Positions 54,981-64,000 of a DNA stretch of 64,000 nt are shown here, piece by piece (positions within the stretch are counted from its first letter, which is position 1; each line of letters starts with the position of its first letter). The notes under the pieces were generated by a model. The model was not told where the DNA came from, ran no database searches, and saw only the letters and a program-made list of their open reading frames with translations. The translations under genes and the position numbers were made by a program. The DNA lies in the NCBI GenBank assembly GCA_012295275.1, contig CM022665.1, positions 40,982,001 to 41,046,000 of the forward strand, given 5' to 3'. This DNA is from Chrysomallon squamiferum. Its lineage: Eukaryota > Animalia > Mollusca.

Positions 54981-56640
54981 ATTACACAAACATAGACACA
55001 TATATTTATTTATATATACATACATACATACATACACATACATATAAATTAATATATATATATATATATATATAAATATATGTGTGTGTATGTATATATA
55101 CTAATTTATATGTATATATGTTAAACAAAAAAAAACCTGTTGAAATTAAATTTGTTTTAGTTCCTTTTTATAAATTTTTAATTTTATATTTTGTTATTGC
55201 TGCTGTTGTTGTTGTTGATATTACTATTATTATTATTTTTATCATTATATTTTTATTTATTTATTTTTACAAGGAATTCTTTTATTAGGAAATTTTCCAA
55301 ATTTTCAAACCATAATAATAAAATAAACCTGAAACGTCAAATTAATATTTTAAATCAGATTTATCACCAAAATTTTCCATGAATTTTTCTAGCAGTACAT
55401 TAAATCCAACCAAATGAAGAACAGCATAGTAAGAAAAAAACTTTATATGTATTAAGTGTGTATGTATGTAATGATTCTGTGATTTAAAAAGGCAACATAA
55501 ACATTTTTTCAGTATGGTGTGCAATATTTGTGTTATTACATAATGAAAATCTAATTAATGCTATAAACCAAATATATTTACACAGTCTTTTAAAGAAAAG
55601 GTTTGGAAAATTGTTTAAAACTAGAAATATAACTGTGTATATCAAATCTTGGATTATGTAACAATTCTTACTTTTAATTTAGTGTTTAAAAATAATTGTC
55701 TTGTAGTTGTGATTTTTGGATTTCAACAGAAAAGGTTAAATAAATTCCTTGTCCATTGACTCTTACAGGAAACAAAATGTGAATTTATAATGTTAAACAT
55801 GCTTTTTTTTTGAACATTTTAAAAACAAAACAATAAACAAGTTTCTATTTTCTTTTCTAACTCACTGTACGAAGGAAAATGGTCAATTTTTCATTGCCTT
55901 GTTCTAAGTAAACAGTAACAGTTTAGATAATGAAGTAATAAATGAAGTTTTTCATCATCTTATCTCACATTTTCCATGACAATTGTGTTCCCTGAAATAA
56001 TTTCCTCTAACATGGTTTTTTCATCAGATTTAGAATTAAAGTGACCTATCGGATCAAATTTGGTTAGTTCTGAGTTTGATTTGGAATTAAAATTTGGTCA
56101 TTCTGTGCCAGATATCATAGAAGTGACCACTGGTACAAGAAAATAAATTGACCTTATTGTCAATATTTCGTCTGTTTTCAGTTGTAATTCATGATAAGTG
56201 GAGTGAAAGAATCTTGATTTAATATAAAGTAATTCTTCAGAAGTCACTTGTGACCAGTTTCTATGAAAGGGACCATAAGTTACTTAAGATGATTTCTGAT
56301 AAGTTTAGATTGGGTTGTAGATACTTTCGGTAATTTTGAGGATTTATTATTATTATAATTATTATTATTTTATTATTATTATTAGTAGTAGTAGTAGTAT
56401 ATTATTTATGATTATTTGCTTTTTTATTTACATATCATTTTTTAAATAAGAAGAGAAAAGAACTGACTTAATTTAAAAATGTTATTACATTGACTGGTAT
56501 TATTTTCAGAAATGTTATGAGTGTGCATGTGTGTGTGTGTGTGTGTGTGTGTGTTTAAAGTGAGTGTGTGAAGAGTTAAAATGATATTGTCTACTATCTT
56601 ATTTTCTGTCTTATTTGTGTGTGTGTGTGTAATATTTGTA

Positions 56641-56679
<39 letters not shown>

Positions 56680-56889
56680 TTTCTGGTGTAAAAGAAGGCA
56701 AGAGAAAATAAAATATTCCAGCGATTAAAAGATTTGTTTAGATTGTGTACAACCATCAGGACTGTTCGACAAAGACATCATTGTCAAAGATTATCTCTCA
56801 GTAACGTCTGCTGAACTGTCAGACATAGCAGTTTGATTGAACAAACATGTCAAACAAGAAGATTTGCTTAGCGATTTTTCTCATTGACA

Positions 56890-57408
56890 GCACATTAACA
56901 CAATATTAACACATGAGCCTAATATTACTTTGCAGTATAATATTAACATCAACACATAACATAATAAAGCTGAAACATCCAGTTAATATTTAAAACCAGA
57001 TTTTCAATCAGTGTATCAAACCTAACCAAATTAGAAAGAGCAGAGTAAGAAAGCAAAAAAAAAACAAACACAATATTAACACAGCAACATAACATTAGCA
57101 TATCAACACAATATTAACAAATCAATATAATGTTAAGATATCTGTACAATATTAACACATCACAATAATATTAATATATGAGTGCATTATTAAACATCAA
57201 CACAGTATTAACACATCAACATAATATTAATATATCAGTACAGTATTAACACATCAGCACAATATTAACACATCAACTCACTAATACAGTATCAACACAA
57301 TATTAACACATCAGTATATTAAGATATCAGTACAATATTTACTCATAAGCAATATTAATATATCAGTACATTAGAAACACATCAACACATCACCACAGTA
57401 TTAACACA
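56890..57408. repeat. 19-bp degenerate minisatellite
   Basis: Consensus cacaatattaacacatcaa, interrupted at about 56970-57065. Confidence 0.9.
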
Positions 57409-57482
57409 TGCCAGTCATACATCTACTGTATTTGTGAGGACATATGAGATTACTTTGTAATGAATGTTTTAATGGAAGAGAA

Positions 57483-57508
57483 GCAGACAGACAGATAGAT
57501 AGACAGAC

Positions 57509-57560
<52 letters not shown>

Positions 57561-57645
57561 GTAGATAGACAGAAAGAAAGATAAACAGATGGACATGTAG
57601 ACAGACAGATAGACTGACAGGTAGGAAGACACATGGACAGACAGA
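57483..57645. repeat. (GATA/GACA)n tetranucleotide repeat
   Basis: Read directly. Confidence 0.95.
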
Positions 57646-57829
57646 TATATATATATAGCTACAATGCTATTTAGATAAATATATAGATTTGTTGAGTTAG
57701 AGATAGAGATTTGTTGATACTTAGATAAATAGGTAGACTGATTAACTAACAACATACATACAGACAGACAGACAGGTAGATATTGACATTATAAAAGAAA
57801 CCAGTTGAGATCTTTGGCTACAGATGTTT

Positions 57830-58010
57830 GATGTGTTGTTTATGGGAAGGTGTACAGAAAAGATTTCTTGTTGCTAATTCAAAAAGAACAGCAGATTATG
57901 ATGCAGATTTCTTCTCTCCTGGTGGTTCTTAGCTATATGTAGGATGCCCGAAAGACTTTAATGAAAAATATTGTGAACATCATTAAGTAAAATATTTCTT
58001 CCTTCTTCCA
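57830..58010 (+). mobile_element. Decayed SINE, 3' half
   Basis: tatgggaaggtgtacagaaaagatttcttgttgctaattcaaaaaga...tggttcttagctatatgt...ttaagtaaaatatttcttccttc. Confidence 0.7.
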
Positions 58011-58053
58011 ATATTTAATGACATAAAATTATTTTTGTATTCTTAACTATAGA

Positions 58054-58085
<32 letters not shown>

Positions 58086-58680
58086 AAAAAAAATAAATTA
58101 AAAACTCTTTATTGTAGGCATTCCTTTGTTAATTGGCCAGTTTAAATATCTGTGTTGGAATGAGTTTCACCAACTTGAAACACACAGTTCCTTCATCAGC
58201 TTTTTTAACAGCTAGGTGTCTTGGGAAATGTATTCAAAATGGCTGTGGTGCATTGCAAACTGGGATAGCTAACAGACAAAATCTGTGACCTCAGTGAAAA
58301 CAATCAATTTGTGTGAACACTTACAAAGTATGTCAGTTGTGACAAACAGGAGCCCTTGTAATTGAGGATGCTCATTAGAAAAACAAATTAGTGATGTGAT
58401 TTTAGAGCTGCTAGACAGAACTCTGATTGATTGTAACATGCCAGTGAGAAAAAAAGTTTGTTTGAAAATATTCTCCCTGTGACACTCACTAGATCAGCCA
58501 GCTGAAAGATGACTACATTCATTAAAGGGTTCAAGCACAATTGTCTGGGTCACAGCATTCCAGAGTTTTCAAAATGTCTCGTTTTTCAGACAGAGTTTGT
58601 GTTTTAAAGGGTCTGAAGAAAAGAAATGGAGTGGTGTTTTATTTTGTTTTTTTTTTTTGAATACATCACCCAGTTAATTC

Positions 58681-59116
58681 TGTGTTCAAACTAGTTCTTT
58701 TAACAGTTAATCTCTTGAATTCCTTTTTTGCAGACAGTTGTCAACTTATGAACACATTCTATAGCGACCAATTGGTCGTATGTTGATTTGGACTGAATTC
58801 AGACATCTTGGATTACGGAAACCATATTACTATTTGTTTCATACTGTATGAAATCACCTTATCTCAGTCTAAAGTTATATATATTCTTTTTTAGTAAGCA
58901 CTTTAAGTAGTTTAAATCAAATACAATTCACACTACTGCTACAAAAAAATACAAAAAGAGAAAATATTTATTGATCACTGGGGCTAAGAAGTGGGCAAAA
59001 GATGTTTCTTTCTTGGGGAAGCAATGCAGTTGTTTTCCTTACAAACACACTGATCTTATTCTGAATTGTTCTTTTTCCCTCTTCCTCATATATCTCATGT
59101 TAAAAATGAAATGTGT
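58681..59116. repeat. Copy 1 of a ~400-435 bp local direct duplication
   Basis: Colinear with 60045-60444 (offset 1364 at the start). Confidence 0.93.
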
Positions 59117-59172
59117 CTTGCACCAGTGTTGGCAGATAAGTATGTCTAGATTTAAACATGACACCACTGTTA

Positions 59173-59217
<45 letters not shown>

Positions 59218-60007
59218 TTTTTATATATATATATATATATAAATGTTTAAGTTACATAATTACAATTACACAATGGAACATGACACTCAATTTTACAACA
59301 GCTATTTGCAAACACATCCTACAGGTTTGAAAAATTTTAGTCACGAATTTTCACTTGGGAATTTATTTTCATTTTTATCCTACAGCTCTGTATTGTAATG
59401 TTTTTGTTATTATTATTATTATTTTTTTTTTTAAAACATGAAAGAAACCCTCAACCTTTCTCCAGGCATTTCATAATTTGTTGTTGCTCAGAGAGAAACA
59501 ATTGAAGTGGCACAATATGGCTGCCAATGCTTCCAGCTGTTGTTTAAATAATTATTAGGTTTTGTTTGTGTTACGTCAAGGCTCATCCAGAGATTGAACT
59601 AATTATTTATAATTAGAGATTTTCTTCAGCAGTGTCAGTAGACTGACATGCTAATATCCATTTGTATGTCTTTCATTATTCATTTTGTTGATGTCGTGTT
59701 CATCAATGAATGAGTATTCAAGTAGTGCTCATCAGTATTATTGTGGTCTGTGGGTGTTTGTATGTTTGTGAGTGTGTGGATCTGTGTTTGTGAGTCATGT
59801 ATGTGTTTGTGTGTGTTTGTGTGTGATATACACTGACTGGCATATGGCACACACGTACACTGACAAATGTAGCTGAATAGACAGAAGAAGAGATTAATAA
59901 ATAAGTACTTATATACAGAAACAATGATATATAAACTCAAATTCATAATCAAACATGTACAGAGACAAAGCTAGACACACACACACACACACACACACTC
60001 ATATACA

Positions 60008-60044
<37 letters not shown>

Positions 60045-60045
<1 letters not shown>

Positions 60046-60444
60046 GTGGTCAAACTAGTTCTTTTAACAGTTAATCTCTTGAATTCCTTTTTTGCAGATA
60101 GTTGTCAATTTACAAACACATTCCAATCCATCCAGTTGATTTGGACTGTATTCAGACATCTTGGATTATAAAAACTATGTTATTATTTGTTTAGTACTGT
60201 GTGAAATCACCTTTTTTCAACCTAAAGTCATATTATTTCAAACAATATATATATATATGGCTTGGTAAAAACAATTAAAAAAAGAAAAAATATTTATTGA
60301 TCACTAGTGCTTGGAAGTGAACAAAGGATTTTTCTTTCTTGGGGAGGCACAATGCAATTGTTTTCCTTACAAACATACTGAGCTTAGTCTGAATTGTTCT
60401 TTTTCCCTGTTCCTCAAAAATCTCACATTAAGAATGAAATGTGT
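60045..60444. repeat. Copy 2 of the local direct duplication
   Basis: Colinear with 58681-59116. Confidence 0.93.
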
Positions 60445-61879
60445 ATCTATATATATATATATAAATATATGTAATGGACTAACACACTGGCCTTATAAAG
60501 AAAAATGAACAAAGTGGTTAATGGGCTTACTTTTATTTTCTCTGCACAATCTCTCACACACAGACTGTGTCTGTCTGTCTGTCTATACGACATTGTTCTA
60601 TGATTATGTTCTGATGGAAGAAGATGCATTTTGCCACATCAAAGAGACACACTGATTAAACAATGAAAAAATCTCAGTTGATGTTGGCTCTTATGAGAGA
60701 CTTTGATGAGATCAATAAAAAAAAAAGCTTACTTCATTTCTTGGTATGATCTTTTCTTCTAGATGTGTCTGTGTGTCTCTGTGTCTGTGTTTCTGTATAT
60801 TTTTTGCATATTGTATGTGTATTTTTATGTTTATGTATGTGTGTTAAGTGTGTTTGTAGATCTGTAGGTGTGTTTATTTGTGTATTATATGTATATACAT
60901 GTGTATGTATGTATGGTAGTACTCTGTATGTTAGTACATATATAGGTATGTTCGTATTTATGTATGCATGTATGAATATATGTATATATGTATCTATATG
61001 TATCTGTGTGTGTGTGTGTGTGTGTTTGTGTATGTACATACATATATGTGTAGGTATGTATGTATGTGTGTGTGTGTGTATATATATTTATATGTACATT
61101 TCTGTAGGTAGTAATATTCATGTGTATTTATAGTTTTACCAAAAATACTTTTATTATGAAAAATACTACTTTAATGTCTTGTTGACATTTATAAAACTTA
61201 ACATTCAGTTTCAGTTTTTAAGTTATAAACACAAGTTATATACGCAACCAAACTGTGCTTACATTTCTTATGTAATCAAACAAGAACAGTCTTATAAAAT
61301 GACAAAATGAATTAAATACTTAAATAATTTGATTCTTATTTCTAAAACCTTTTGCATAAACCATTACACATTTATTAACTAATATATAAATTTGTCGATT
61401 TTTTTTTATTTTTTTATTTTTTTATTTTTTTTCAACAAAATATTTTTTTCCTACTCTCTTGCAGGATGAAATTCTTCATGCATGAGTAATTATGGTCCTA
61501 ACTGAACTGTCTGAAGACGAGTGCAGTAAATATTAAAAATCTATAATTGTGACAAAAGAGTCTGGTTTTTAACACCAGTCTGTCTGAACTGTATCGATCC
61601 TCTTGTTAACGTTTATGGGTGAAACTGGAAAAAAAGAAAAAAAAAGAAAAAAGAAAAAGTTTTTAAATTGTGGGGCAATAGAAAATCTATTTTTCAGTTT
61701 GAGGTCACTGACATCATCTTTAGTGTGTTGTGTAAAATTAGAAAATCTCAAAGGAATTCAGTAGCAGTTTATGGTTCATTTGTAGACCAAAGACATCATT
61801 TGTGACAGCCTTAAGGTCAGTCATCCCAGATTCACAGATAACGTTTTTTCCCATTCATGTCAGCTCTTGATGACTGCTG

Positions 61880-62495
61880 TTATAAAGACTATATTGCTTC
61901 TTTACTGTCTGCAGGAAGGCAAAGGTGAAAACAATTCCTTGCTGATAATTGATTAGAGTAACCCATCTTTTTTTAAGACCCTGGTATTTTCTTTTCTCTG
62001 CAGGAAGATGTAAATAAAAGATTCTTTCCTGTAACTGAAAGGCGTAGTACATATGATGCCAGTCAGTTTCCTGTTTCTTTACCACCTGTAGGAAGGTAAA
62101 GGTGAAAGAGCACTTGCTGATAAGTGAAAAGAGTAACCCTTGTGGTAACTTAAAAGACTAGCCCATGTTGTAGAAGCAGGCTTGTTCATTTTTTACAAGA
62201 CCATAAGTATTTCTTTTCTGTGTTTGGGAAGTAAAATATTCCTTCTTGTAACTGAAAAGAGTATCCTGTGTGGTAGCTGAAAAGAGTAGCCCAGGTTTCT
62301 TCATCTTTTATAAAATAATGTTATTTTCTTATTGTCTGCAGAAGGTAAAAAAGTACTTACTGATAATTGAAAAGCGATTCCCATGTGGTAACAGAAATTT
62401 TTTCATCTTCACTAAATAATAGAGGGTTTTTACTGTCTATGAGAAGGTTCAGCTAAAAGATTACATGCTGCTAATTGGAATGAATGAGTAGTAAC
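61880..62495 (+). repeat. Tandem array of about 6 SINE-core fragments
   Basis: ctgtctgcaggaagg...aaaaga...cttgctgataattgaaaagagtaRccc-type units near 61905, 61996, 62084, 62218, 62332 and 62433. Confidence 0.75.
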
Positions 62496-63494
62496 ATATT
62501 TTTCTAGCTTTATTATGACAAAACAGTTATTGGTTTATGTCTAAGAATTAGTAAAATTTAATATACTTAGAGATCATAAAAATATTTTTTTTTTTTCTAT
62601 AATAAATTTTTTTATGTACCAGACTAAATATTTAGATTTCAATTTGGTGTTTTTGAAATGGACTTTAGACTTTTGAAGCTTCTATTTTGTTTTAAATTCA
62701 AGGCCATGAATTAATATTTGAATTTTTCAGAATTTTCAAATAATAATATTGTGAAGAAAATAGTGTAATTTCAGGACCTTTAAGGAGGCATGTTTTCTGC
62801 TCAATTATTATTTTTCATATTTTCCATCAGTCCTTAAAAGATACCAAAACCCCCACCAAAAAAAAACATTAATAAAATCAAATAAAATCAACACTTGAAA
62901 ACATACAAGAAAAGGCAATAAAGAATAAATTAGAAATACTCCAAAATGCAATAATATTGTTTTATTGTCAATTTATTTTTTCATTTTTCTTTTATTATTT
63001 ATTTTGTCATGGGGCACAGATATCATTTGCTGGACAATGATGGATGGATGGATGAATAGATGAATCAGGAACATATGGATGAATCATGAATAGATAGATG
63101 AATTAATGAATGGATCAGTGAAAAAATTAATGAAGTAATGGATGGAAAGATAAAAGGGTAACCGACAGCACAATTTGAAAAAAAAATGTGTTTAGGAAAT
63201 TTTAAAACTGTTTAGTTCCAAGAGTGCAAACACCCATTTTTTATTTTTTTTTATTTTTTTTTTTTTTAAACTTTTTAAAAACTTTTTCTTTCATAATAAA
63301 ATTAATCTAAAAGTAAATTTTAAAAAGGAAGATTATATTTTTTTGCAATAGATAATCCCATTATTTAATTTAAACTAAAGCTTCTTTTTCATTTGAACTA
63401 AGTCACATAAACAAATGAAGATAAATAAATTGTCTAATTTCATTTAAAGTCAACTGTTTAACTGATTTATAGATAATGAAAGTAAGTCAGTAGT

Positions 63495-63620
63495 AGATAT
63501 TTTAGCTTCAGGATTAGTATCCTACACATAACATTTGAGGCTATTCCCATTCCAAACTGAGCTCCTTCATTTGTTGTACTTGTTTTTGTGAAATTTGATA
63601 AAAGATTCTTTGATGCAAAA
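63495..63620 (+). mobile_element. Possible decayed SINE fragment
   Basis: caggattagtatcc...ggctattcccattccaaactgagctcc...ataaaagattctttgatgc. Confidence 0.4.
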
Positions 63621-64000
63621 GTTACTCATATATATATTCTTTTTATTTTGACCAATGATTGATATATATCTATATATTGACCAGTGATATTTTTGTTATT
63701 ATAAATTTTGTCTATATTTTGAGTAGTATATGTGGGAAGGTTTTGTTTAGGGGAAAAAAACAGTTGATTATTGCCCTATATTTATATAATATGTCTGGGT
63801 AAGATTTTTCAACTAATTAAAAAGAAAATAAATTTTAAAAAGTAACACTTCAAAAATTATAAATATTATATAAGATGCATAATTTGAATTGATGAATATT
63901 TTTCAACACACAATGAAAAATTATATATATATATATATATGCGATTTCCTAATTGTAGTTTCATCAGTTACAAATTGGCAAAATAGAAGAAAACAAATGG

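Noticed and set aside
60300-60420. Minus-strand peptide IQTKLSMFVRK, reminiscent of transposase C-termini, followed by AATAAA
   Set aside because: It is too short, frameshifted between the two duplicate copies, and has no upstream transposase sequence.
1-64000. ORF-track entries of 60-173 aa
   Set aside because: They are dominated by F/L/I/S, CV, TH or YI runs from microsatellites and A/T tracts. Many start at non-ATG codons and none shows a recognisable domain.

Overview
This is AT-rich, CpG-depleted, microsatellite-dense animal DNA with no credible protein-coding exon, RNA gene, CRISPR array or transposase/RT ORF. The ORF-track entries are short or are translations of simple repeats. It reads as a very large intron or a gene desert. 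It contains about 15 decayed copies or fragments of a tRNA-headed SINE, recognised by similarity between copies and by recollection of a gastropod-type SINE consensus; this suggests a mollusc, but no database was searched. It also holds many locus-specific minisatellites, some with higher-order structure, and several high-complexity islands that retain CpG and look like constrained cis-regulatory DNA. The most unusual structure is a near-identical ~203-bp inverted repeat whose arms are 24.6 kb apart (29933-30135 and 54777-54980). Other leads are a tandem array built from the SINE core, a duplicated segment whose perfectly conserved part is a 3' splice-site-like sequence, and a recursive-splice-site-like motif. 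I cannot support a new multi-gene system from this sequence.
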